Of a stretch of DNA of 64,000 nucleotides, positions 28,742-38,943 are shown one piece after another; position 1 is the stretch's first letter, and each line of letters starts with the position of its first letter. Made by a program: the position numbers and the translations under genes. Source of the DNA: Nitrospinota bacterium. GTDB taxonomy: Bacteria; UBA8248. The stretch is taken from NCBI GenBank assembly GCA_046581755.1, contig JAYGFR010000031.1, positions 11,039 to 75,038 on the forward strand, given 5' to 3'. The notes beneath the pieces are model-generated. The model was not told where the DNA came from. It was given only the letters and a program-made list of their open reading frames with translations, and did not search any database.

Positions 28742-29553
28742 TGCCCCGCCCCGGCACTTTCCACACCGGCCAACCCGATCCGCAGCCGGATATTTTCTCC
28801 CCTCGGGCCCCTTCTCACCGAAATATTCATTTCCCGGCCCCGGTTGAGAAATTCCTTCTCGAACGATTCCACCGTAGATACTTTCCGGCCCTCCACCTGA
28901 ATAATCACGTCTCCGCGCCGAAGCCCAGACCTTTCGGCGGGTTTTCCGGCGAAAACCTGGGAAACGAGCAACCCGGCCGCGTCCCCGCCGCCGAAATAGC
29001 GAGAGAGCGAGGGAGTCAACGACTGAAGAACAACTCCCATGCGTTTGCGGTGGGTCAGACTTGAACCGGAGCGGCGAAGTTCCCCATCGCGCAGAACCTG
29101 GGCTTTGGCAAATATGGGGGCCTTGACCCGCAAGGCCAGTGCGATTGCATCCGAAGGACGGCTGTCGATAAAAAAACTGCGGTCTGGGGACTTCATCTCG
29201 ATATGGGCATAAAACATCCCGCCCTTAAGCTCGGTAATGACAACGCGAACCACCTTTGCTTTTAGGCCACCGATAATATTTCGAAGCAAATCATGGGTCA
29301 TTGGCCTTTTGGGCGTAACTCCTCGAAGTTGCATCATAATGGCACGGGCCTCTGCCATGCCGATCCATATTGGAATCATCCGGCCTTGAATTTTATCCTC
29401 AAGGACAACGACGGGCTGCTTGTTTCGCGAATCGAGAACGACCGTCTTCACATGGACTCGCCGCATCCCACTGGCAGCCGGAAACTCAGCCGCCGGTGCC
29501 TGCGCCAGGAATGGAAGCACAAGAATCCCGACCACGGCCGAGATCAGGCCCAT
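28738..29553 (-). CDS. Bifunctional nuclease (DUF151) domain plus PDZ domain, with signal-peptide-like N-terminus
   Basis: IPIWIG..EA.AI, RPMTHDLL, IDSRPSDAIALALR; PDZ motifs GLLVSQV...PAERSGLRRGDVI. Confidence 0.8.
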   Translation of the reverse strand: MGLISAVVGILVLPFLAQAPAAEFPAASGMRRVHVKTVVLDSRNKQPVVVLEDKIQGRMIPIWIGMAEARAIMMQLRGVTPKRPMTHDLLRNIIGGLKAKVVRVVITELKGGMFYAHIEMKSPDRSFFIDSRPSDAIALALRVKAPIFAKAQVLRDGELRRSGSSLTHRKRMGVVLQSLTPSLSRYFGGGDAAGLLVSQVFAGKPAERSGLRRGDVIIQVEGRKVSTVESFEKEFLNRGREMNISVRRGPRGENIRLRIGLAGVESAGAGQ

Positions 29554-30048
29554 CCCATTTTTTGACGGTCTGCAACTCACTCGAGTATCCTCGATAAAAA
29601 AAAACTCATATTTCTAGCAAAATGGTGCAAAATTTATTGAGGGAATTTAACTCCTCTTTAAATTCGCTCCCGGGCAAGCCACCGGAGGATGGTCAAACGC
29701 GCCGCCGGTGAGACGAAGGCTCACTGTCTTCATCACCGGATCCCACTTGGCGATTTCAGCCCTCCAATATCAGCACCGACATACTCAGCCTATCACCTAG
29801 AAAATAGCCCGATCAAGAAATATAACAAAATGAAACTTTCTCTCGTAAATAACGCCGCCGATAGGATAAATCGTGCCGATCAAAGCATCCCCTAATCTCT
29901 ACCAGGGTCTTGACACCTGCGCCAACTCTGATCCAACCTTAACCTGTTGCGAAATTTCAAGCCACTGATTCTATTTTTATGGCATCCATTAGGCCGATTT
30001 GTTTTTTCAGCGAAGACCGCAAAAACCCGAAATGGGTGAGGTTTTCAG

Positions 30049-30429
30049 ATGCAGCGCATTAAAGTCGAACAAGCCGCGACGGACATGGTCATCGCCCAGC
30101 CCGTCGAAACCTCGACGGGGCAGGTTCTTTGCTCCAAAGAGACGGTTCTGACCCAAACCTTGATCGACCGGCTGGAAAAAATCGACATCACCCACATTAC
30201 GGTGGAAGGGCATCCCGTGGACGACGGGAAACCCGTCAAGACGTTTGAAGAGGAGATGGCCGAGATCGATATTCGGTTCCGCTCCGTCTTGGACAACAAA
30301 CTCATGGCCGCGCTGAAAGTGGTCGTTCAAAAACACATACAAAAGAAGTACAAGATGCTCTCCGAAGAAATCGCAGCCAGCGAAAAGCGGAATCAAGAAG
30401 CCGAGGAGTCCGAAACGGCTAAAAAGTAG
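30049..30429 (+). CDS. Hypothetical protein, probable HDOD partner
   Basis: GAGG RBS; resembles the N-terminal module of HD-GYP proteins (MVIAQPV...GQVL......LT...I.RL); directly upstream of the HDOD gene. Confidence 0.6.
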   Translation: MQRIKVEQAATDMVIAQPVETSTGQVLCSKETVLTQTLIDRLEKIDITHITVEGHPVDDGKPVKTFEEEMAEIDIRFRSVLDNKLMAALKVVVQKHIQKKYKMLSEEIAASEKRNQEAEESETAKK

Positions 30430-30465
30430 AGTCTCCCGTTAAACCACGAAACGCGAGGACCGCCC

Positions 30466-31305
30466 GTGGCGATTGATTCTTCTCTTTTCAAACATAAAGT
30501 CCAAGCCCTCGAAAATCTGCCGACTCTTCCGGGCGTCGTGGCAAAGCTATCCACCATGGTGGAAAGTCCCACGATCAGCACCGCCCAGGTCGGTGAAATG
30601 ATTCAGGCCGATCAGGTCCTCTCGGCCAAGGTGCTCAGGCTGATCAATTCAGCATTTTTTGGATTTCCCGGGAAAATCTCGACCGTCACGCATGCCCTCG
30701 TCCTCCTTGGGTTCAATGCGGTAAAAGGGCTGGTCTTGACGGCCTCGGCGTTCGATATCATGGCCACTGAGATGATGAATCTGTGGAAACATTCCCTTGG
30801 TGTTTCCCTGGCCGCCGGAATTATCTCCAGAAGGCTCAACCTCAAGGACACAGAAGAAGTCATCGTCGCCGGCCTTTTACACGACATCGGCAAGGTGGCG
30901 CTCAAGGTGGAAGGTCCCGAGCAATTCGATGCCGTGATGGAAAACGTCCACCAAACCAAAGGCCTATTTATCGAATCCGAAAATGAAGTTCTCGGATTCA
31001 ACCACACCAGGGTCGGGGAATGGCTCAGCGAAAAATGGAACCTTCCGCCGAATCTGCGGGACCCAATCACATTGCACCACCGCCCCCAAAGCGCCAAAAA
31101 CGCTCCCGAGGCCACCGCCGTGGTTCACATGGCGGATATCCTTGTGCGATCAATTGGATATGGAAACGGCGGCGACATGGGAATCCCGGTTCTCGACCGG
31201 GAAACCGTCAAATCGCTGAATCTCTCCCTTGCCGATATTGGAGAGATCCTTGATGAGATGGAGGGCGAATTCTTCAAGAGCGAAGATCTGATCCCATCGG
31301 AATGA
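30466..31305 (+). CDS. HDOD domain protein
   Basis: LPTLP, D..LSAKVLRLINSAFFG, WKHSL, AGLLHDIGK, WNLP. Confidence 0.9.
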   Translation: MAIDSSLFKHKVQALENLPTLPGVVAKLSTMVESPTISTAQVGEMIQADQVLSAKVLRLINSAFFGFPGKISTVTHALVLLGFNAVKGLVLTASAFDIMATEMMNLWKHSLGVSLAAGIISRRLNLKDTEEVIVAGLLHDIGKVALKVEGPEQFDAVMENVHQTKGLFIESENEVLGFNHTRVGEWLSEKWNLPPNLRDPITLHHRPQSAKNAPEATAVVHMADILVRSIGYGNGGDMGIPVLDRETVKSLNLSLADIGEILDEMEGEFFKSEDLIPSE

Positions 31306-31398
31306 CTCCGGCCCATCGAAACGATTCCGGCCGCGTCCCCCCCGCAGGAACGCTTATTCTTCCCGCACATTTCCATTTAATGCCCCGGAGCCGCCCCC

Positions 31399-32178
31399 AT
31401 GACCGACGCTCCCGCCTTGGCGCTGACCGTCCTTGGCACCGGTGATGCCTTTGCCTCCGGCGGCCATCCCCATAGCTGCTACCTGGCCGAGCCGCTCAGG
31501 CGCGAAGAGGGCGAAGCCCGGGCCTTGCTGATCGATTGCGGCCCCACCGCAGTTCCGACACTCCAGGGAATGAACTTCGACCTGGGCAAAATCGACCTTG
31601 TACTCCTGACCCACCATCATGGCGACCATATCGCGGGGATCGCCTTCCTCTACCTGAATTACCAGTTCATGGTCCGCCGGGAGACCTCCCTCACCGTCGC
31701 GGGTCCGCCCGGCACAGAGGAAAAATGCGAGGAAATCTTTCGAGCGAACTACGGAGAAACCGCCGATCTCATGAAGCGCCGCTTCGAACTGAACTACATC
31801 GAACTTGTCGAAGACCGAGAGCAGGAGATTTGCGGCCTCAATGTGCTTCCGAAGCGGGTCACGCACATGCGAAAAGGAATCCCCTACGGATATCGGATTC
31901 GCTGGAAGGGACGCTCGTTCGGCCTGAGCGGCGATACCGAATGGGACGAAAATCTGATTGATCTTGCCGAGGGAACAGACCTGTTTCTGGCGGAATGTTT
32001 CTCCGCCGGGGAAAAAATTCCGTTTCACACCTCGCTAAAAGACCTCGAACGGGAATCGGACCGCCTCCGCACGCGGCGGCTTCTTCTGACGCATATGGGC
32101 GAAGATGTTCGTCGCCTGACCGCCGCAGGCAAATCCCTCTTCGAAGCCGCCCGCGACGGCCAGCGGATCGAATTCTAG
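31399..32178 (+). CDS. RNase Z-like MBL-fold hydrolase
   Basis: LGTGDAFASGG, LTHHHGDHIAG, SGDTEW, LLTHM. Confidence 0.85.
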   Translation: MTDAPALALTVLGTGDAFASGGHPHSCYLAEPLRREEGEARALLIDCGPTAVPTLQGMNFDLGKIDLVLLTHHHGDHIAGIAFLYLNYQFMVRRETSLTVAGPPGTEEKCEEIFRANYGETADLMKRRFELNYIELVEDREQEICGLNVLPKRVTHMRKGIPYGYRIRWKGRSFGLSGDTEWDENLIDLAEGTDLFLAECFSAGEKIPFHTSLKDLERESDRLRTRRLLLTHMGEDVRRLTAAGKSLFEAARDGQRIEF

Positions 32179-32190
32179 CCTCGAGACCCG

Positions 32191-32496
32191 TTACTTCGTC
32201 TGAGTCAATAAAACGTCGTACATGCTGACCTTAGCCGGTCCGGTGAATAAATCGGGAGGCGTATCTGATGATCGGGCGTGCGCTTTGTGAAACGATTCGC
32301 TCCCGACCCAGCTATCAAACGCCGATTTGTCTTCCCAAGTGGTATGGCTGATAAAATCGCCGCCATCGCCGCGCAGAAGGTGAAACTCCTGGAAGCCTTC
32401 AACTTCGTGGAGATACGAATCCCGAGTCCGCCAAATTTCCTCGAACTCCTCTTCTCGGCCCTCGGCCACTTGAAAGCGGTTCATTACGATGTACAT
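32191..32496 (-). CDS. Antibiotic biosynthesis monooxygenase family (IsdG/HmoA-like)
   Basis: MNRFQV..GREEEFE..W..R, GF.EFHLL, W..SESFHKAH. Confidence 0.85.
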   Translation of the reverse strand: MYIVMNRFQVAEGREEEFEEIWRTRDSYLHEVEGFQEFHLLRGDGGDFISHTTWEDKSAFDSWVGSESFHKAHARSSDTPPDLFTGPAKVSMYDVLLTQTK

Positions 32497-32741
32497 ATAA
32501 AACTCCTCAACCTCACTGAGTAAATTCCCGTACCGGGATCATGGCTGGCCACTCCATTTGAGACGCGGCAAACGCCGCTTTCTCCATCTTATTTTCAACG
32601 GCAGGGGGTATGAAAATCAAGGGACCGGAGAGAAATTCTTTCTTCCTTTTGACATCTGTTTCTCTTCTGATTCATGCTGGAAATACACGTACCAGATACT
32701 CCTCCCAAAACGAAAATTTTCAACATACATGGAGGCTTACT

Positions 32742-33098
32742 ATGAGCAACGCGGCAAAGAGAAAAGCTTGCCTCATTCGGCCCTCGGAGGTCCCAGACGA
32801 TGAAATCGACGGCGGAGCCACCCATAAAACCATCATCACCCGGGGGGCAAACGAAACCGACATTACCGTCTACCGCTCACAAATAACCCCGGGCAAATCC
32901 CACGACTGGCATCATCACGAGGTGGACGAGGTGATTTTCTGCGTCGCCGGAGAGGGGCGCTACGAGCTCGAAGACAGCGAGATTTGCTTCAAGGCCGGTG
33001 ATTTTATCTTCATGCCCAAAGGCACCGAGCACCGCAGCTCGTCTACGACCGATGGCCCCGTCGAACTCGTCGCCATCTTTCAGCCCGGCCTCGAATAA
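32742..33098 (+). CDS. Cupin domain protein
   Basis: GGAGG RBS; HHHEVDEVIF..GEG, GDFIFMPKGTEH. Confidence 0.85.
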   Translation: MSNAAKRKACLIRPSEVPDDEIDGGATHKTIITRGANETDITVYRSQITPGKSHDWHHHEVDEVIFCVAGEGRYELEDSEICFKAGDFIFMPKGTEHRSSSTTDGPVELVAIFQPGLE

Positions 33099-33152
33099 TG
33101 CGTGGACGATCATCGCTCCGAAGTCCAAGATTGCCCGGCTGGGTGCCACCCC

Positions 33153-34033
33153 CTATTTCTTCGGCGGAATGTGGCGCACCTTCCGCTCTTTCTTGATGGG
33201 CTTGAAGGAGCGAAGATAAGCCACGATAGCGTCCAGATCCTCCGCGTGGATGTTCTGGTAGAAATGATAGGGCATCGGCGGGAACATTTTGCTCCCGTCG
33301 GCGCGATATCCGGTGAAGATGGCTGATTTGACCTGCCACTCCGACCATTTGCCTATTCCGGTTTCCGGGTCGGGAGTGATGTTGGCCGAAACAGTCTGCC
33401 CCCACGGGCCGCGAACGACAAAACCACCCGCCCCGAGCTGGTTCTTAAAGTCGCGTCGCCCCTTCACCATCGGCGTGTGGCACTCGATACAGTGGCCGAG
33501 CGGCCCGGCGAGATAGGCGCCATATTTCAGTTTGTCCTTGCGCGAAACCTCGGGCCGGCTTCTCTTCTGACCCCATGCGGGCGGTAGCGGAATCCGGTAC
33601 ACCCCTCTAGGCACCTTGTTCTTTACCGGCTTCACCTGCCGAAGATAGGCGATGAACGCCCACACGTCCCGGTCGGAAATCATGGAATAGAGACCGCCGG
33701 GCATCGGGGGGCCGATGAGAGAGCCATCTGGGCGCTTCCCCGTACGAATGGCTGCAAAAATCTGATCGTCCGTCCAGTTTCCAATTCCGGTCTCTTTGTC
33801 GGGGGTGATGTTTGAGGCATAGGTGGTGAACGGAGGCTCAACCCACTTATGCCCCCCGGCAAACTCCCTGCTGGAATCGGGTTTTCCCATGAGACTGCCC
33901 GGCGTGTGGCAATTTCCGCAGGCGACAACCCCGTTCATGAGGTATTTTCCGCGCTCCAGCAGCGTCTCGGCGGATACCGCGCCGCCAAAAACCAAGGCCA
34001 CCAAAATATCAGATAAACCCAAATTTTCCCCAT
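33153..34033 (-). CDS. Periplasmic dihaem cytochrome c; signal peptide frameshifted at an A4 run (34003-34006)
   Basis: CGNCH and CIECH motifs, repeated NITPD.ETGIG.W; one added T gives MGKIWVYLIFLVALVFGGAVSA from an ATG with a GAGGA RBS. Confidence 0.85.
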
Positions 34034-34281
34034 CACGGAATTCCTCTTGGATTCAGGCCCCAGCGCCCGAATCTGGCGGATGGGCACGATTCCTAGCCAA
34101 TCAATCGCTAGGTAGAATTAACCATTGGGTACGAGCAAGTCATATAAAAGAAAGTCCATGCTACTTCCTGGAAGTTTCATTTTGCAAGATGGCTGCTGGC
34201 AAGATGGCGGCCCTCTCTAAATCCACCGGGAAGAAGAATTCCGCACAAATAACCATTTGATATCTATACCGTTACATGCAC

Positions 34282-34314
34282 TTGACAACTATGTTCGATA
34301 TTTGTTTGTATTCT
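34282..34314 (+). promoter_or_regulatory. Promoter region with candidate LexA box GTTC-N7-GTTT
   Basis: TTGACA at 34282; GTTCgatatttGTTT at 34293-34307, upstream of the operon containing lexA and dinB. Confidence 0.5.
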
Positions 34315-34354
34315 AAATGTATTTCTTTCGACACCAGATTTCGGTGGAGGTGCT

Positions 34355-35728
34355 ATGAGCAGCACTGCCACCCGGGGTGATCTCACCGGGACAATCCACA
34401 CGGCCGAGGTCGAGACCATCGCCGCAGGCGGGGCCGGCGTCGCCCGCCTCGACGGGCGCGCGGTTTTCATTCCGCGCACCGTTCCCGGCGACAGGGTCAG
34501 CTTCCGCATATTAGCCGACAAGGGAAGATTCCTCCGGGGCGAATTCGAGGAGATCGCCCGCGCGGGAGCCGACCGGCGCGATCCCCCCTGCCCAGACTGG
34601 GCCGAATGCGGCGGCTGCCCTCTTCAGCAAATGACGCCCGGCGGACAGACCGAGGCGAAGAGTCGTATATTTCTGGATGCGCTTTCGCGGATCGGCAAGA
34701 TCGAAACCTTAGTCCAGCCCCAACTCCTCAAGGACACCGCCCCCGAGTTCGCCTACCGGATTCGTGCGCGGTTTCAGATCAAAGGAGATGCCATCGGTTT
34801 CTTTGCCCCGGGAACGCGAGACCTGATTCCGGTCAATTCCTGCCTCCTGACCGAGGAGCCGGTTTCGGCGGCCTTCGACGATATTAGGCAGCTTCTCCAA
34901 GAAGAGCCCGCCGCGCGCGGAATCGAATCGGTCGAGATCACTTCGCTGGACGAAGATCCGGATATGGGCGCTGGCCTTCTTATCTACCCTATCGGAACCC
35001 GGGACCGGGGAAAAGGAACCCTTTCGGGCAAGACCCGCCAGGCCTGGAGGTCTTTCAGCCGCTCCAGCGGCCGGCCCCTCGCGGTCGCCGGAGAGCGGAC
35101 GCCGGAGGAGGCTCCCCGGTGGACGGCGCGGTATGAGTTGGACGCACCGGCGGGCAGGCCGCTTTCGCTGCGGGTCTCTCCCGAATCTTTTTTGCAGGCC
35201 AACCGCTCGGTCAACCGGCTGCTCGTTCAGGCCGTAACTACGGGGGCGGCGCTTCCCAGGGATGGACGCGCGGTGGACCTGTACTGCGGGGCGGGCAATT
35301 TTTCGATCCCGTTGGCCATGATCGCCGGGCGCGTGGTGGGCGTCGAATCCAGCCCCTTCGCCATCCGGGACGCCGAGGCGAACGCCCGCGAGGCCGGCCT
35401 GGATAACCTGCGCTTTATCCAGGGCGAATCCGGGCGGATCGAAGCGGACGAAATCCTGGATGCGCTGGGCGACGGCACGCCCGATCTGTTGCTCCTCGAT
35501 CCGCCCCGGCGCGGGGCGCTCGAGACAGTCCCGCTCATACTGAGGTTGATGCCCGGGCAAATCATCTACGTCTCGTGCAATCCCGCCACGTTTGCCCGCG
35601 ACGCACGGGATCTCACCGAAGGAGGCTACCGCATGGAGACGGCGCTGATCGCCCCCATGTTTCCCAATACCGCCCACGTCGAGTCCGTCACCTGGTGGAA
35701 GCGCGAGAACGCTCCCGCCCCTGGTTAA
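34355..35728 (+). CDS. 23S rRNA m5U methyltransferase family (RlmD/TrmA-like, TRAM domain)
   Basis: C....ECGGC, SFLQAN, DLYCGAGNF, DPPRRG, YVSCNPATFARD, MFPNTAHVE. Confidence 0.88.
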   Translation: MSSTATRGDLTGTIHTAEVETIAAGGAGVARLDGRAVFIPRTVPGDRVSFRILADKGRFLRGEFEEIARAGADRRDPPCPDWAECGGCPLQQMTPGGQTEAKSRIFLDALSRIGKIETLVQPQLLKDTAPEFAYRIRARFQIKGDAIGFFAPGTRDLIPVNSCLLTEEPVSAAFDDIRQLLQEEPAARGIESVEITSLDEDPDMGAGLLIYPIGTRDRGKGTLSGKTRQAWRSFSRSSGRPLAVAGERTPEEAPRWTARYELDAPAGRPLSLRVSPESFLQANRSVNRLLVQAVTTGAALPRDGRAVDLYCGAGNFSIPLAMIAGRVVGVESSPFAIRDAEANAREAGLDNLRFIQGESGRIEADEILDALGDGTPDLLLLDPPRRGALETVPLILRLMPGQIIYVSCNPATFARDARDLTEGGYRMETALIAPMFPNTAHVESVTWWKRENAPAPG

Positions 35729-35752
35729 GGATCGTCCCAAGGAGAGAAGGCC

Positions 35753-36366
35753 ATGTTTTTGACCCGCAGGCAACGCGAAATCTTTGAATTCATCCAGGAG
35801 TTCATCCGGGAAAAGGATACGCTCCAAGCATCGCGGAGATCGGAGCCCACTTCAAACTCTCCTCCCCGGCCACCGTGCACAAGCATCTTCAAAACCTCTC
35901 GCAAAAAGGCCTCATCAAGCGCAGCTGGAACCGATCCCGCGCGATCGAACTCATACCCGGCGCGGACACGGTGGGCAAAGAGGCCGGCGCCCCTGTCGAG
36001 CTTCCCCTGCGCGGGATAATCGCCGCGGGCGTTCCGCTCGAGGCCGTCCAGGACAACGAAACCATCCCCCTTCCCTGGTCCTCGAGCGACAACAACCTCT
36101 ATGTCCTCAAGGTCAAGGGCAACTCCATGGTTGAGGATCATATTCAGGACGGCGATTACGTCATCGTCGAGCAGCGCGAAACCGCCCAAAATGGCGAGAC
36201 CGTCGTCGCCCTGCTGGAGGGTGAAAACGCCACCCTGAAACGGTACTACCGGGAGGGGGACCGGGTCCGCCTCCAGCCGGCAAACGCATCGATGAACCCG
36301 ATCCTGGTGAACGAGGGCGACCTCCGCATCCAGGGCGTGGTCGTGGGCGTTCTCAGAAAGTACTAA
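35753..36366 (+). CDS. lexA: SOS repressor LexA, frameshifted at 35808-35816
   Basis: LTRRQREIFEFI in frame 0; GYAPSIAEI..HF.LSSPATVHKHL, IAAGVP, KGNSM, ATLKR in the -1 frame. Confidence 0.9.
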
Positions 36367-36408
36367 GCGACTGCTCCCGCTCCTCCGAAAGCCGCCCGGG
36401 AGCCCAGA

Positions 36409-37662
36409 GTGAACCTCGAACGCCATCCACCCCCCGTGGGGCCCGCTTCGCGCGTCATCGCCCATGTGGACATGGACGCCTTTTTCGTCGCGGTCGAACG
36501 GCGGGACAACCCCGCCTTGGCGGGAAAACCCGTCATCGTCGGCGGCAGTGTGGGAAACCGCGGCGTGGTGTCGGCAGCCTCCTACGAAGCCCGGCGGTTC
36601 GGTGTCCATTCGGCCATGCCGATGATCCAGGCGCGCCGGCTGTGTCCCGGCGCTGTTTACATTCCCGCCAGCCATTCGAAATACGCCGCCGCCTCCAGGC
36701 AGGTGATGGGCCTTCTGCGGACCTTCTCTCCCGCGCTCCAAGTCATGTCGGTCGATGAGGCCTATCTCGACCTCACCGGAACCGAACGCCTCCACGGCCT
36801 GGCCTTTGCCGCCGCGGTGCAAATCCGGGCCGCGATCATGGACGAACTCGAATTTTCGGCCTCGGTGGGCATCGCATCGAACCGACTCATGGCCAAGGTC
36901 GCCTCGGAGCTGTCCAAACCCGCCGGAATTCTTCACATCTATCCGGGCCAGGAGGCGGCAATCCTCGCCCCGCTTTCGCCCGGCGCCCTCCCCGGCGTGG
37001 GGATGGTCACCGCTGCCCGCCTGCGCGGGATGGGAATCCGGACGATCGGCGACATCGCACGGCTACCGCTATCGGTGCTGGAGGCGAACTTCAAAAGCTG
37101 GGGCACCGAACTCTACCGCAAGGCGCGGGGGGAGTACGGCTCCGACCTTGTGCTGGACAGCGCGCCCAAGAGCGTCGGAAAAGAAACCACCTTCGGCGAG
37201 GACGAAGGCGACCCGAACCGCCTCGAAGCCGTCCTCTCCCGCCTGGCCGGGGAGGCTGCTTCGCGCCTGCGGCGGAAAAAATTGGAAGCCAGGAGCATCA
37301 CCCTCAAGATTCGCTTCGAGGATTTTGCAACGAACACCCTGGCCGCCCCGCTAAACCCGGCCACGGCAATCGCCCGCCCCATATTCGAGGCGGCGCGGGG
37401 GCTCCTCCGGCGGGCGCTCGATGAAAAATCCGGAGGCCGCAAGATCCGCCTCGTCGGAGTGTATCTCGGGGGGCTGGAGTCCCCCGGCATTCAGCCCCGC
37501 CTGATAGACGAAGAATCCCGCCGGCGGGAAGTGCGGCTGACCGAAACTGTAGACTCTCTGCGCGAGCGTTTCGGAGAAGACGCACTCGTCTCGGGAACCT
37601 CGCTGGAGCATATGAAGCGGCCCGAGACCGGCGGAGGCCAGACGGAAGAAATCCCCTTCTGA
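36409..37662 (+). CDS. dinB: DNA polymerase IV
   Basis: HVDMDAFFVAVE, SAASYEARRFGVHSAM, SVDEAYLD, KPAG. Confidence 0.93.
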   Translation: MNLERHPPPVGPASRVIAHVDMDAFFVAVERRDNPALAGKPVIVGGSVGNRGVVSAASYEARRFGVHSAMPMIQARRLCPGAVYIPASHSKYAAASRQVMGLLRTFSPALQVMSVDEAYLDLTGTERLHGLAFAAAVQIRAAIMDELEFSASVGIASNRLMAKVASELSKPAGILHIYPGQEAAILAPLSPGALPGVGMVTAARLRGMGIRTIGDIARLPLSVLEANFKSWGTELYRKARGEYGSDLVLDSAPKSVGKETTFGEDEGDPNRLEAVLSRLAGEAASRLRRKKLEARSITLKIRFEDFATNTLAAPLNPATAIARPIFEAARGLLRRALDEKSGGRKIRLVGVYLGGLESPGIQPRLIDEESRRREVRLTETVDSLRERFGEDALVSGTSLEHMKRPETGGGQTEEIPF

Positions 37663-37922
37663 CGAAAACCGGCCAGGCGCGGAATACGGGCACGCCAACC
37701 GGGCCAAGGGCCGGAGCCGGTCGCCACCTGAAACAAGGTGAAACCAATCCCCCGCAAATTCCCTCAAACCCCGGAAAATATTCCCCGCCGGACGCAATCC
37801 TCCTGTCCGCCGGCGTTCCTCCCGCCAACGCGTTAAACATACATCCATTCGACGAATGGCCTGCTACAGGAAATTCGCGGAAATGCGGGGTTCCGGTTCG
37901 TATGCCGCCCCAACCTTTCGGC

Positions 37923-38831
37923 TCAAACAGACAAAATTACCACCATCGTTCCGGCCACCGTCATGCCCGCGCCCCCAACCAGGCGCCAGGTGATATTTTC
38001 GGCCTCGCGCACAAATATATGGGCCACGATGAGGGCAAGAAGCGGCTGAAGGGCGGTAATCGAAGATGCGTTCACCGCATATGTATAGTGGACGGCGCTG
38101 AAAAAAGAGGGCACCGCCACCGTCTGGCAGCAGGCGGCCGCGCCGATCCACGGCCAACTGGCCCTTGGCACCCATCTTCCGGCCTCGGCTTTCGAGCCCG
38201 CCAGGGCGATCAACCAGGTGAACGGCACCCCGGCCCAGATGACCATGGCCGCCGCCGCGAGCGGAGGCACATCCGAGGCCACTACCTTCATGGTTACGCC
38301 GGATATGCTCCATATAAAGACAGTGACTCCGGCCGCGGCCCACCCGAGCAAACGGGCGGTCGGGGCGGACGGAAGGTTGGCGTCCTGGGAGGGCTCAGCC
38401 CTGACGGCGGCGGTCAAACCGCCGGCGAGAAGGACCAAGCCGAACAACATTTGCTGGGTAACCGGCTCGTTCACCCAGGCCGATGCGATAAAGGCGGTGA
38501 TGATCGGGGTGCTCGTCGCGACCGGAAGGGCACGGCTGGGCCCGATCCGGCGGATGGCGAAATAATAGGTGAGCCTCCCTGCGCCCACCATGAACAGCCC
38601 AAGCGCCGCCATGAAATAAATCGTCTCGCTCCGCGAGGGCTGAAAAGCCGAAAGCGGCATAATGGAAAAGGCCACCGGGATCATCAACAACCCGTTGACT
38701 GACGATATCGTCGCCGTGGTCCGGAGAAGGGGAGCGTCCCGCAACGCCATGCGGATCGAAAATGACAGCGCGGTCCATGCGAATAACGCCACCCCCGCAA
38801 AAATCATTCCCAGAGTGTGTGTGGTTTCCAT
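37923..38831 (-). CDS. EamA/DMT family transporter
   Basis: About ten TM helices in two repeats; YYFAIRRIGPSRA. Confidence 0.8.
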   Translation of the reverse strand: METTHTLGMIFAGVALFAWTALSFSIRMALRDAPLLRTTATISSVNGLLMIPVAFSIMPLSAFQPSRSETIYFMAALGLFMVGAGRLTYYFAIRRIGPSRALPVATSTPIITAFIASAWVNEPVTQQMLFGLVLLAGGLTAAVRAEPSQDANLPSAPTARLLGWAAAGVTVFIWSISGVTMKVVASDVPPLAAAAMVIWAGVPFTWLIALAGSKAEAGRWVPRASWPWIGAAACCQTVAVPSFFSAVHYTYAVNASSITALQPLLALIVAHIFVREAENITWRLVGGAGMTVAGTMVVILSV

Positions 38832-38943
38832 TTAGACGATATCGGCCTTTCGGTGGAGCGGAATAAAGCTGGGGGAGTTACAGGTGGCGTGCTGGAGCCA
38901 GCCATTCACATCGGGCGTGGGGGGGGCGCCGACCTTCGTCATC

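Noticed and set aside
29980..29994. Sigma-54 promoter (TGGCAT...GG-N10-GC) upstream of the HDOD pair
   Set aside because: The -12 element lacks TTGC; the match is too weak to report.
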